Part shown: piece by piece, positions 12,301-25,363 of the stretch
How positions within the stretch are numbered: position 1 is the first letter of the stretch
Layout: each line of letters opens with the position of its first letter
Origin: Camelus ferus
Taxonomy: Eukaryota
DNA length: 64,000 nt
Direction: 5' to 3'
Assembly (NCBI RefSeq): GCF_009834535.1
Contig: NC_045696.1
Coordinates: 110,858,001-110,922,000 of the forward strand
Program-made: the position numbers and the translations under genes
Notes under the pieces: generated by a model
Told to the model about the DNA's origin: nothing
Databases searched by the model: none
What the model saw: the letters and a program-made list of their open reading frames with translations, nothing else

Positions 12301-14689
12301 CATGCATCGCTGGAGCTGAGATGGGGCTGACTTGTGGCTGAACAGGCTCAGTGACATTTCACGAGTGGATGTTCCCCCTTCAGTAAGTGCCTCCTCTGCT
12401 TTCTTCTCACATTCTCCATCCATCATACTTCCCTTTGTCCTGGCCTCTCTCCCTTTCTCTTTCTGTCGCCTGGCCTATCCCTAGGTTCAGACCTGCTTAG
12501 CCCCACAACCTAAGAAGGTTTTGCATACTCGCAGCAAACTCCCACAGAATAAATGTCTCAGGTGCTGAGAATTACTTGAGTAAAGAAACCAGGGGTGCTT
12601 TTTTGCTGAGTCATGTGTAGTTCTTTCCCCTCTGTCATTTTCTTGGAAATATAAAAACATATAGCATTTAATGAGAGTAATCTTTTTTTCCTTTTTTATT
12701 GAAACTTCAGACATGATTTTGCAGTTTCTAATGAGACTGGAGGAAAATGTGGAGGAAAACGTGGACTCACATGGCCAGATACTAACCTTGTGGCATTGTC
12801 ATAATAGAAATGTCCACAGCAGCTTGGAGGAATCTGGAGTAGCCCAGGCTAGCTCTGGAGAGAGCGCGGATGCCGGGCAGTGGCGTGGGTCCTGGTAGTT
12901 TGACAGTCCCCTTCACTTCAGGCTTCCTCTCCCAGCCGACTTCATCTCCCTCTCTCTGTGGTCTGGCTATTTCTGCTACCAATTTCCCTTGAACTTTGAA
13001 GAAACGAAGCTTTATTTACCAACTATGATGCTGAGAAGATTCAATAACATTTTTAAAATGAATTAAAGAGGAAGCAATATATTTAGACAACATTTAAAGA
13101 ATCTTTCTTATGGAAAAATAGAATTCAATTTACTCAATGAATCTGAAGCTGAAACAAAAGAACAGTGAAAATAGAAAAAAAGAGCAAAAAAAATAACCCT
13201 TTAAAAAGAGTAAGTTGATGGAAAATTAAACAGAGTAGATAGAAATAGTCTGAAATAAATTGTGTCAACAATCCCCTCACCAATGACTATGCTATGAAGA
13301 TATCGTAAGAGAAGGCTTAAAATAGTCTCGCTAAGGATCAGAGTAGAGCTCTAAGGACTTCGCTTCATTCTTTGTCCTTTTCTAAAGTTAATTGGCCCAT
13401 CAATGTAGGAAATAGATGTTTCAGATTTTCTGGGACATTCTCAATTCCTAACACTCTGCTCTGTTTTTCCTGCAAATCCCTGCCTGCTAGATAACGTGTC
13501 TAGACTGGGAAAACATAAATATGGTAGAGTGAAAAATATCCACGCGTATAAAAGTAAGTAGCAAGTTCTAGAAACTTAATTATTGTTTGAGATGAATTCA
13601 ATACCGTACATCCCCAGCAAAGTGGGGAGCGTCAGTGGGGAAGTGGGAAGGAAAAGCTGGGCCCTTCCAGTTGGACGTGATAATTTACAGCTGTCTGGAC
13701 AAGGCTTTTAGCATGATTATGACGTAGCTATTTTATTGTACTTTGTTAGCTATTAATAACAGAGTTTCTTTGTTTAGCACCTTTTCTTTGGTCAAAAAAA
13801 AAAAAAAAAAAAAAAAACAAACCCAAAACCCTTAAACAAGCCTGTCAAGTAAATAGTAATTTGCAATCATATATTTTACCTGATACTTTCATAAATGGAG
13901 ACAGCCTTTTAAATTGCTCAGATAATAGAATGCAGATTTCTTTGAAAATAAACAAACACACATACATGAATAAATAAAAGATTTGTAGTAGGAAAATGTA
14001 AAGTTATTTTTATTTTCTGGTTTCAGGCCCTTTATGATGAGATTGGGTGCATTCAGGGTGGCTTGCCAATAGACTTAGGTATTTTTAAGAGAAGTTTTAA
14101 TGCTTCAGGTAGAGAAAGACAACCCCAAACCCCAAATATACACTGAGGTCCTAGAAATATTTTTGGACTCTGCAGAGCTGAGATTTTGGTGGCTAAACTG
14201 TCACCTGATAGCACAGGTTGCCACGGGCATGTGGTACCAGAGGCCGTTGGAGCCCCCACCCCCTGAGAACTGATTACACTTTACCAAGGAGTATACTGGG
14301 ATGAGCACTAAGCTTGGGCCTGGGTTTGCAGTCTGACTTTGTGATCCTCAGCCAATCAGTTAGTCTCTCTGAGCTCAAGGGTGGCCCCAGGAGGTAAGGC
14401 AATTGCGCTTCACGCGATCATCTTGTTTTCCTAACACCTTGTTTTCCCACATCCCCAGGGTATAAGTCTCGTGCTAATAGCTAATGTGGAGACTGTGGAC
14501 CACGTCACACCCACATCTTAGCCAGCAGGAAGCGGGATGGAGAAGTGAGACGTGATTTTACAGGCGTGACCCAGACGGTTGCACCCTTCCATTCTGCTCG
14601 TGCAAGTCCCTAGTAACCTTCATGGGAGCAGATGCTGGCTGGGGAAGCGGCTGCGTGCATGTGACTAAAGGCTGAGGCCATGGGTGTGC

Positions 14690-15100
14690 TTTCCAGTCCG
14701 GCTTTGTGGTTACAGCAAAAGAACGTGACTCGGACTGACTTAAGAGACAGAGGGTTTCATTAGGGGACTCACATAATTAGGAACCCACAGAATCAACCAT
14801 CAGAGGGATAGAAGCCAGGTCAGCCCCTGAAGTCTGTGGAGGAGGCGCTCCTGGAAGGCTTGTAAAGGTTCTGATGCTGGGCCGAGCGAGCTTCCATCTT
14901 TCTTGTTCTGACTCTGCGTCGCCTCTCTTCGGATCCAAAGTGTCATGAGAGTCGGCTTGGCCTGGCTTGGATCAGGCCCTATTTACTGCCGTGGGGAGGG
15001 CTGAACCCCTTCAATGGCGGCCCCTTCAGGTCCCTCAGGGCCCTTGCTGCAGGGAGCAGTGTGGGTGCTGAGCAGTCCAAATAGGATCATGATTCCTGCT
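14690..15100. mobile_element. MaLR (MLT1-like) LTR relic
   Basis: 'gctttgtggttacagcaaaagaac..gactcggactgacttaagagacagagggtt...tggcctggcttggatcagg' old MLT1 text. Confidence 0.45.
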
Positions 15101-17029
15101 GGTTTTGAGGGTGCTGGGAAGAGCATAATAGAAATCAATTTCAGAATGAAAAACCTTACTAGCAAAATCCTGAGGGCTTCAGTTAGGTGGCAAAAGGTGT
15201 ACATAGAAAACCATTTTTGTTTTCTCAAAGATACAACATCACAGATAACTATCTTTTCCAAGTGAGGGTCAGAAAAGGTTAGGGTGGACCCTTTTTATTT
15301 CCTAATTTTTTTTTTTCTGCTATCACTAGTAGTAAAACCCAAGGAAAACCTTTCAGAGTAGGTACTTCTTTACCAGAAAGTGCATCCAGGAAAACCTGAA
15401 GACCTCACAGGTGTTCTTCAGTGGGGCACAGTGCAGAGAAGCGGTGGTTAGAAATAGTGGGGAGAGCAGGGGAAAGAGAAACAGGGGAACTAGAATGGAT
15501 GAGGGTGGGGACTTGGGACCAGAGTTAGAGGATCCTTGAGGGTCCCTTCTCACTCCCCATCTCTGGCTGCCCATCTCTAACCCAGCAGCTCTGCTTCCCC
15601 TTGCCGTAGACAGGGAAGCCACACACAGGAGCCTGGAACATGGGAGCTCTTGCTGGCTCAGCCCAGCAAGTGAGGGGACAGGGATGGGTGATGTGAGCCC
15701 GTCCATGGAGCCGGGGGTCTGAACCCCATCCTGGAGTGGGTTTGTCCTCCTGAACTCTGGTGTTAGGGCTTCTCTACCTTAACCACATCATGAGTTCAGT
15801 AGACTTTTGTGAGCTGGTCTGGAACTCCGTCCACCCCCTGCATGGGAGAATGTTCCATGTCTCCCCCCATATCATTAACTAGTGCACTTTGGAATATAAC
15901 TACTCCCTTTTAAGATTCGTGATTATTTATATTTTAAGGATATCATCAAAAGACTTTTCTCTATTATTGGATACTTTATTCAGTGATAAAAAGTTGCTTA
16001 AATATATAAAAGAGATGCAAAAGAAGTATTCTAGCACAAAAACAAATTATGACATATGGGTGTATTCCCCAATTAAGAGAATTTTATATTAAGATGGAAT
16101 TTTTAATCAGATGAATTTAGGAATCTTAGTGTTGCCAAATTCTAATCCTTTTTTCTAAAAGGATTCATGGAAAATTGTCTTATTTGTAAGAATTCAGTTG
16201 AAGTCTAACCCTTCAAAAACAAAAGAAACATATGCTGTATATATTTTAGATCTTGAAATGGCTTTTAAAAGCTAGTCATGATCCAAACATTTATAACAAG
16301 TTGGGTAAATGAGAATCAACAGACAGGGGAAATTCAATCTGAAGCTCACCGGAACAGGGATGTGCAGAATGGGCTTCAACTTAGGGTTAATGACCAAGTC
16401 AACAGGTGGAAAATGGAAAATAGTCCAAATGTTAAGGTTGATGAATCAGAAGGTGCTCGCATAAGTGAACAGGTGAGGTGGATCTGAGCTAAAATAACAT
16501 TTGCAAAGCTATGCTGTGTGTGGTACAGTGTGGCTTGAAAATAAGACAATTTTCCATGAATTCTTTTTTTAAAAAAGAACTAGAAAACCTGGAGATGTCA
16601 GTATAGCATTTTTAATATTATAGACGGAAACCCAAGGGAACCTGTAGTTGCCCCCCACTTCCTAGTGATAAACAGATCATTCACATGGCAAGTATATTCA
16701 CTTAGGATAATGCGCTTTTATTTAGGCCTTTGGTTTACTAGAATAGAGATTTGGTTTTATATCTTAATCTTTGCATGAAATTGAGGAGTCACAATAGGAG
16801 TGTCACTTGGGATACTCCTGCAGGTGGTTCATTAATCTGAGTGTTCACCGAGTAGCTGCTTTAACTGCAATCACTCATTCTCTACTGCTGGCTAACTAGC
16901 TCACTCTCCTGAAGACATAGAACTAAAAGATAACTACATCTGACTTACATTTAAGTTCTATCTAGTAAGTAACACAAGGCAGTAACACAACATAGTAACA
17001 CAGACTAAAATTAACTCAATGGTATATAT

Positions 17030-19661
17030 TTTTTTTGAGTAGTTTTATTATAATGTGAATTTTTTAAACTTTTTTTTTTTTACTGACTTGTAGTCATTTT
17101 ACAATGTTGTGTCAAATTCCAGTGTAGAGCGCAATTTTTCAGTTATATATGAACATATATATATTCATTGTCACATTTTTTTTCTTTGTGAGCTACCACA
17201 AGATCCTGTATATACTTCCCTGTACTATACAGTATAATCTTGTTTATCTATTCTACATTTTGAAATCCCAGTCTGTTCCTTCCCACCCTCTGCCCCCTTG
17301 GCAACCACAAGTTTGTATTCTATGTCTATGAGTCTGTTTCTGTTTTGTATTTATGTTTTGTTTGTTTTCTTTTTTAGATTCCACATATGAGTGATCTCAT
17401 ATGGTATTTTTCTTTCTCTTTCTGGCTTACTTCACTTAGAATGACATTTTCCAGGAGCATCCATGTTGCTGCAAATGGCATTATGTTGTTGGTTTTTATG
17501 GCTGAGTAGTGTTCCATTGTATAAATATACCACCACTTCTTTATCCAGTCATCTGTTGATGGACATTTAGGCTGTTTCCATGTCTTGGCTATTGTAAATA
17601 GTGCTGCTACGAACATTGGGGTGCAGGTGTCATCCTGAAGTAGGGTTCCTTCTGGATATATGTCCAGGAGTGGGATTCCTGGGTCATAAGGTAAGTCTAT
17701 TCCTAGTCTTTTGAGGAATCTCCATACTGTTTTCCACAGTGGCTGCACCAAACTGCATTCCCACCAGCAGTGTAGGAGGGTTCCCTTTTCTCCACAGCCT
17801 CCCCAGCATTTGTCATTTGTGGACTTTTGAATGATGGCCATTCTGACTGGTGTGAGGTGATATCTCATTATAGTTTTGATTTGCATTTCTCTGATCATTA
17901 GTGATACTGAGCATTTTTTCATGTGTCTATTGATCATTTGTATGTCTTCCTTGGTGAATTGCTTGTTTAGGTCTTTGGCCCATTTTTGGATTGGGTTGTT
18001 TGGTTGTTTCTTATTAAGTCGTATGAGCTGCTTATATATTCTGGAGATCAAGCCTTTGTCGGTTTCATTTGCAAAAATTTTCTTCCATTCTGTAGGTTGT
18101 CGTTTTGTTTTACTTCTGGTTTCCTTTGCTGTGCAGAAGCTTGTAAGTTTCATTAGGTCCCATTTGTTTATTCTTGCTTTTATTTCTATTGAACATTTTT
18201 GAGATATATGTCAGATAATGTTTTGCCTTTATTTTCTTCTAGGAGGTTTATTGTATCTTGTCTTATGTTTAAGTCTTTGATCCATTTTGAGTTTATTGTT
18301 GTGTATGGTGTAAGGGAGTGTTCTAGCTTCATTGCTTTACATGCTGCTGTCCAGTTTTCCCAACACCATTTGCTGAACAGACTGTCTTTATTCTATTGTA
18401 TATTCTTGCCTCCTTTGTTGAAGATTAGTTGACCAACAGTTTGCGGGTTCATTTCTGGGCTCTCTATTCTGTTCCATTGGTCCATATGTCTGTTTTTGTA
18501 CCAATACCATGCTGTCTTGATGACTGTAGCTCTATAGCATTGTCTGAAGTCTGAGAGAGAAATTCCTCCAGCCTCTTTCTTTTTCTTCAGTAATGTTTTG
18601 GCAATTCTAGGTCTTTTGTGTTTCCATATAAATGTTATTATGACTTATTCTATTTCTGTGAAATATGTCCTGGGTAATTTGATAGGGATTGCATTAAATC
18701 TGTAGATTGCCTTGGGCAGTGTGACCATTTTAACAGTATTGATTCTTCCAATCCAGGAGCATGGGATATCTTTCCATTTTTTAAAGTCTTCTTTAATTTC
18801 CTTCATCAATGGTTTATAGCTTTCTGTGTATAATTCTTTCACCTCCTTGATTAGATTTATTCCTAGGTATTTTATTACTTTGGGTGTTATTTTAAAGGGG
18901 ATTGTTTCTTTACTTTCTTTTTTTGTTGATTCATCGTTATTGTAAAGAAATGCAACTGATTTTTGAATATTAATCTTGTAACCTACTACCTTGCTGAATT
19001 TTTCGATCAGCTCTAGTAGTTTTTGTGTGGACCTTTTAGGGTTTTCTATATATAGTATCATGTCATCGGGATATAGTGACACTTTTACCTCTTCTTTTCC
19101 AGTTTGGATCCCTTTTATTTCTCTCTCTTGCCTGATTGCTGTGGCTAGGACTTCCAAGACTATGTTGAATAGGAGTGGTGACAGTGGGCAGCCTTGTCTT
19201 GTCCCAGATTTTAGTGGGAAGCTTTTGAGTTTTTCACCATTGAGTACTATGCTGGCTGTAGGTTTTTCATATATAGCTTTTATTATGTTGAGATATGTTC
19301 CCTCTATACCCACTTTGGTGAGAGTTTTTATCATAAATGGGTGTTGAATTTTATCAGATGCTTTTTCTGGATCTATTGAGATGATTATGTGGTTTTTTGT
19401 CCTTTCTCTCGTTGATGTGATATATTACATTGATTGATTTGTGTATGTTGAACCACCCTTGTGTCCCTGGGATGAACCCCGCTTGGTCATGATGTATAAT
19501 CTTTTTTATGTGCTGTTGGATTCTATTTGCTAATATTTTGGTGAGGATTTTTGCATCTATGTTCATCAGTGATATTGGCCTACATTCTCTTTTTTGGTGG
19601 TGTCTTTGCCTGGTTTCGGTATCATGGTAATGGTGGCTTCATAGAAGGAGTTTGGGAGTAT
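17030..19661 (-). mobile_element. Relatively young 5'-truncated LINE-1 (RT to 3' end)
   Basis: ORF2 pieces 19354..19566 ([19 protein letters not shown]), 18645..19334 ([23 protein letters not shown] in place of the usual F/YADD) and 17374..18153 (C-terminal HCWWEC). T-tract at the left end. Imperfect TSD atggt[a/g]tat..tttt at 17019 and 19660. Confidence 0.95.
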
Positions 19662-19744
19662 GGTGTATTTTTTATATATTGCTTTTAATGAACGCACACA
19701 GATAATGTGATGGTCTATTTGCATAACTTTTCTTGAATGAGAAT

Positions 19745-20372
19745 GTGAGAAGTTGTTTTAACAGTGTCAGTGAGATATAATTCACACAAAATAAATTGCA
19801 CTTATTTAAAGCATGAAATTTGAGGTTTTGAGCATGTATATCCCTGTGAAATAACAATTAAGATAGTGAACATATCCACCCAAAAGTGTCCTAGTGTCCA
19901 TTTGTGCCCCCGACTCCTGCTCCTCACTCCCCACCCCAAGCAATCATTGATCTGCTTGCTGTGCTATAGATTAATTTGCATTTTAGAATTTAATATAAAT
20001 GAAATTCTATAGTACATACTCTCATTTGTCTGACTTCTTTCAGTCAGCATAATTATTTAGAGATCTGCCTACACTGTTTTGTGTATCAATAGTCCATTCA
20101 TTTGTACTGTTAAGTAGTATTCCATTGGATGGATATACCATAGTTGTTTATCCATGCATCTGTTAACGAACACCTGAGTTCCAGTGTATGGCTATTGCAA
20201 ATAAAGCTGTGATGAACATTTGTGTCTTTATGGACACATACTTTTTTTTTTCCCCCTTTGGGGTAAATGCCTAGAAGTGAAATGGCTGGGTCTTTTGGTA
20301 GGTGTATAGTTAACTTTTTAAGAAACTGCCAAATTGTTTTCTAGAGTGATTGCACCGTTTTTACGTTTCCAG
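19745..20372 (-). mobile_element. Old LINE-1 (L1M-type) 3'UTR fragment
   Basis: 'gagatataattcacac...aagtagtattccattggatggatatacc...gctattgcaaataaagctgtgatgaacatt...aactgccaaattgtttt'. Confidence 0.8.
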
Positions 20373-20494
20373 TTTGAGAGACTTGAACTCCATGTGTGTG
20401 AAGAAGTGTTGAAGTGAATTACAGTATTTGTGGAAACCGTCTTTTATTTGGATGTGTGCATCTCTGAATCAGAAGGGGTTAGAGGAAAAATGGA

Positions 20495-20725
20495 ATTCAC
20501 TTTTGTTTTATTGCAGTACAATCCATTACAATGGGTCAATTTCTGGTGCACAGCACAATGTCCCAGTCATGCATATACATACATATGTTCATTTTCATTT
20601 TCTTTTTCATTAAAGGTATAACATATTGAATATAGGTCTCTGTGCCAGACAGAAGAAATGTGTTTTATTTTTAATCTATTTTTATAGATAGTGGCTAACA
20701 TTTGCAAATCTCAAACTCCCAAATT
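20495..20725 (-). mobile_element. Short LINE-1 3'-end fragment (lineage-specific)
   Basis: Same 3' end as the copies at 3720, 24359 and 36853 (ttacaatg..tcaatttctggtgcacagcacaatgtcccagtcat...tttgcaaatctcaaactcccaa). Confidence 0.8.
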
Positions 20726-22619
20726 TTCATGGTCAAACTCTCACAAAATATTATCTACTTTGAAATAATATGATATAAATATCCTTATTGTTAATGTTTG
20801 TTTGATGTTTTGTGCACATTGACAGAGTTAGCCAAAATCTGAGTTAATGTGTCAAGGAAAAAAAGCAATTAAAATTCAATAATTAGTACTTTTTCAGAAA
20901 TTTCCAACTTCATCATTTTCAATGATCTAAGTGATCTAAATTCCTCTACCTCCATTACTACTTGATGGCAGAGAATTACAAATGGGTTTGGCTTTTACTA
21001 GTTTCTGTCTGGGTTTTATAGTCTCAGTTGATACATATGTTGATAGTTCTAATTCAGTAAGTCATAGCATGTTATTTCAATTTACAAATAAATTACCTGT
21101 ATAGGGAACTTTGGTAATATACACAGGGGCTTTAGCCTCTTTATCACATACATTCAAGCCCTAATAAGCTTTGGTCACTGTATTATGATGTTCTTAAGAA
21201 CATCCATTTGTTCATCAATTAATATTTATTACTGTGTGCTAACATAAACCAGACTTTGCTGTATCTATCTTTGCATTCTCAAGGGCACAATGTATTGCAC
21301 ATAAGTGTACAATGTATTCCATAAATACTTGTCAATTAATAGATGACGACTGATTGTTATCTTAGCATAAATTCTGTATCTCCCACTGTAATAGGACTAA
21401 AATCTCACCTACTGGCTTGAACCTGTAGCTTTTGCCATAGTCACAGTCACACTCCTTTTTTTTTTTTTTTTTTTTTTTTTTTGCAATCCAGTTGCTCAGG
21501 CAACAGGATTTTTCCATGCCTGCTTGCATCCTGTTGCCAAGGCAACAGGGTACAGTTGGCAGTCTGGTTTGAGACATCGGATGTTTGCGGTATCAGAGAT
21601 GCCTGTGGTTCACAACTTCTTTGATAAATCAGTGTATGCATAACTGTATTCAAGGAAGTGTGGCTGGCTGACTTTAGTCTTTGTGTGTAAAGATGACTGT
21701 GGATGTTTGTGACCATCCAGTATCACACACATTACTGGAAAGGCCTTGTGTAATCTCAGGACCTAGGGATCTTGCCTCCCTTTAGCAGAAGTCTTGGCTT
21801 ATTTTGACTTGCTGCTAATCTCTCCCCCTACTCCTTTTTCATAATCCAGAAATAGTTTCACTTAAATGGAGTAAATCCTCTTGACCACTGCTTGCCAGAA
21901 TCAGCTTGGCCTACCAGCCAGTGTCACAATCAAGCTGCCTTACAGAAACAATTTATTGTCAGTAAGACCATTGTATTCCTTTTCTGTGACAGTTCTAAAA
22001 TTTCCGGACTAATTGCTTATTTTTTTCTAGCTATTACTAGAGTGCAAGTGGAGAACCACAGGAGCTGTACACCCCCTTCCTGCAGTGATACCAATGCTGT
22101 TAACGTTATAGGTGGACGAAAAGTCCTTACCAAGCAGGAGACGATCCTAAGTAATGTCACTTATTCACCAGGGACGTATTTATGAGTGTCACTACCTGAA
22201 AGAGACATCTTCTTAATCTTGTAAGTCAAGCCTCTCATTTCATAAAATTAAATATGTTTTTTTCTTTTTATCAATGTCAAGACTATTGTATTGTCTACTT
22301 TTCATGACTGAATTAAATTATGTGATGAAATTATAATGTACCAGAAAATGTTTCCTTGGTTCAGAGATATATTTAAAATTTTTTACAAAGTATAAAATTC
22401 TAGAACTTCACCTCCTTCATGACCAGGACAAAATAATCAACAAAGTCTCACAATTCTTCTGATGTATAAGCAACTTCCTCCTGGGTCATAATGTGCACCA
22501 AATCCCCTGGGTCATATTGAGCTATGACCCTAGTTACAGACTTGACCTTCACTGTTGTGGGTCTTCAGAATGAAAAGCACCCCTTTTTTAAGATATCACC
22601 CCTCATCTGTCCCAGATAA

Positions 22620-23250
22620 GATTAGTATAAGAGTTTTCAAGTAAAAGAAGGCTTGTCTTGTTAGACACAGGTTTTCGGACTGCTTCCATGGGCAATGATG
22701 GCTCAGAGTAACTTGAGTTTCAAGATTGCCAGTTTCATCTGGGTCTAACAAGATGTCTCTCCTTTAAGTTTTAGGATCCTAATCTTTTTCCTCACTTTTA
22801 CACGGGAAGCTTGGTGAAGTGTACATTCAACTGACATTGTAATCCAGCTACTTGATCAACTAGATTTGATTTGATTATCAGCCATATCAGTGCTGCGGTG
22901 GCAAGAAATGACACATTCTTTTAGGGTTGTCATGGAATCTTTCCTCTTAGACTGTGACCTGAGCTGAGAATTAAAGGACCCAAGCTGGTCATTTCTTTTT
23001 CTGTAAGTGCTCCAGTGCATCTGAAGGACCCACCTACCGCACACAGTCCCCGTGGTCTTCATCAGGCCTGACGGTCAAGTGCAGCAGCCACTTCTGTTGG
23101 CTCTTCATCAAGGTGACAACATGATTAACTGTGATGACACTGCATGCTATTACTAGATCCCATGTCCTGTTGGCAAAAGACCCAGCACCAGCCTAAGTTC
23201 CAAGGGTTCAATCAAACCAGTTTCCAAAAGCCATCTGTATGGCTCCTTCT
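22620..23250 (-). mobile_element. ERVL/MaLR-type internal (gag-like) relic
   Basis: ORF 22856..23062(-) contains 'KRNDQLGSFNSQLRSQSKRKDSMTTLKECVISCHRSTDMADNQ', resembling degenerate ERVL gag as I recall it. Adjacent to an LTR-like block. Confidence 0.55.
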
Positions 23251-23990
23251 GTTTCAGTGAGAGTCCACTCAGGGGACAGAAACCACACAGTGATTTAAGT
23301 ATGAAGGATTATTTAAGAACTATTAATATTAACAGGATATTATCTACTAAGGAGGAGAAGAGAAATCTAAAGAATATAAGAAGAACAGGTAGGGAGTCAC
23401 TACTTACAGGGCTGAGGCAGAGCACTGAAGAAAGGAACAAAGTAAAAGAGGACACCCCCATCCTGGGCTGAGGTCCAGACCTCACTGGAAAGGTCAGAGA
23501 AATTTCCTGAGGTGCTGTGCTGGAGGAAAAGCCTCCCTCTAGGGGTCTGAGGCAAGCCATCCATGGTGAGGTGCTGTGCCATGGAGCCTGCTGGAAATCA
23601 GCATGTGAGGATGATGTGCTGGGGTGGGGGTGCCCTCTATGCTGCCAGGTGGGCTGCCCGCGAGTAGGTGCTGCTCCATGGAACTCTCTGGGAAGCTGCC
23701 TGCAGGGTTGGTGCCACGGCACATGGCTGGGGATGAGCACCACTGAGAGTCCCCGTTACTGCTGACCAGTCAGTGCTGCAGGACTAAGGCAAGACAGAAA
23801 CATTACTGGAACCAGAAAGACATGCCCCATCTTCCTGCTGTGTCCTCTATTGTAGAGCTGAACATCTCCCAGCTGGCAAGGGAGAGATGCTCCAGTTATC
23901 AAAAGCAGGGCAATGAAGGGTGCCTGTGGAGCTGAGAGGAAATAAATTGACAACGGGCACAGGTGAGCCTGGGGGGCCAAGCAAGGGGCT
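23250..23990 (-). mobile_element. Old ERVL-class LTR adjoining the internal relic
   Basis: Starts tgtttcagtgagagtccactcaggggacagaaaccacacagtg, typical of old ERVL LTR termini. GC-richer body; right boundary approximate. Confidence 0.5.
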
Positions 23991-24358
23991 CCTTTATTTG
24001 GGACTTGCCCACCTCTGACGTCTCACTGCTGCCCTTTGACTTCTCCCTAGCCTGGACAGTAGCCTGCTTTGTTGCCATTATTGCTTTTCTTTTCCCCCTA
24101 CCAAACTCATATTCTTTTCAGTTACATTGCAGGCCAGACTTCTAAAACTCAAAAGCCTAAAATTGCCTTCTTTTCCATTTTCTACCGTCAACCTCTCACT
24201 TAAGTAATTCTACAGAATCGTCTACCCAATTAAATGAAAGAGGGCAAAGGAGAACAAGGAAACAGGATCGGGGGAGAAAATTATTTGATAAATCAAAGTA
24301 TAATCTGCCATATCTCTATCGAGTAAAGATATTATATTCAAATATACATTCCCATTTA

Positions 24359-24650
24359 TTTATTTATTTATTTATTGAAGTACTGTCAGTTACAATGTGT
24401 CAGTTTCTGGTGCACAGCACAATGTCCCAGTCATGTATATACATGCATATATTTGTTTTCATATTCTTTTCCATTAAAGGTTATTACAAGATATTGAACA
24501 TAGTTCCCTGTGCTATACAGAAGAAACTTTTTTTAAAATCTGTTTTTATAGACAGTGGCTGACATTTGTAAATCTCAAACTCTCAAATTTATCCCTACCC
24601 GCCCCTTTTCCCCGGTTACCATAAGGTTGTTTACTATGTCTACAAGTCTC
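24359..24650 (-). mobile_element. 5'-truncated LINE-1 3' end
   Basis: Perfect 12-bp TSD cattcccattta at 24347 and 24651, a (TTTA)n tail, and L1 3'UTR text. Confidence 0.9.
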
Positions 24651-25170
24651 CATTCCCATTTAAATACCAATATAGAAATATGGGGAAGCATTCTTCAGTG
24701 TTTTGGAAATACTTTCACATAGCTTATTGGTTACCTCAATGATTAACTACTAAATTGAGAGAAAATATCCTTTGAAATTCAAATCTAGTTTCCATGTGCT
24801 TAACTTGCTAAGTTTTATATAGTAAAAAACTTTTTAATGGATGTATTCCATTTTCTTACTGGATTTCAAAGTATTTTAAAGCAAGAATGACATGATTATA
24901 AATATCTTATTACTATGCTCTCACACTGCCAGCATAACAAATAATTCGTATTTTTGGCAAGATGGTATTCCTTGCTACAAGTTCGGATATAACCATGATG
25001 GTTTTTGAGATGTATTTCCAGAATACTTTGAAGTTTATGACGCTGCTCATAGTAAGGAAGGATTAGCCTTTGGGGAACTCTAAATTACAGTGCTAACCAA
25101 AATCAATGCCTTTCAATTAAAAGAAAGAAATACAGGTCTGAACATTACCATATTATGTTTGCTATAGGTT

Positions 25171-25363
25171 TTTTTTTTAAATTTTTTATTGATTTATAAT
25201 CATTTTACAATGTTGTGTCAAATTCCAGTGTAGAGAACAATTTTTCAGTCATACATGAACATATATATCTATTCATTAAGACATTTTTTTCTCTGAGAGC
25301 TACCATAAGATCTTGTGTATATTTCCCTGTGCTATACAGTATAATCTTGTTTATCTATTTGCA
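25171..25363 (-). mobile_element. 5'-truncated young LINE-1 3' end
   Basis: Perfect 13-bp TSD tttgctataggtt at 25158 and 25364. Same 3' end as the copies at 17 kb and 52.7 kb. Confidence 0.9.

Noticed and set aside
12711..12898. Plus-strand exon-like ORF (DMILQFLMRLEENVEEN...)
   Set aside because: The acceptor is reasonable but the donor (CTG|gtagtt) is weak. I found no partner exons and no recognisable protein.
17374..19566. Long minus-strand ORFs with RT motifs as a novel reverse-transcriptase system
   Set aside because: They are ordinary broken LINE-1 ORF2 fragments, 5'-truncated, with YPDD in place of the catalytic F/YADD motif.
23309..23980. Overlapping ORFs up to 144 aa
   Set aside because: Inside an LTR relic, with no protein-like signal.
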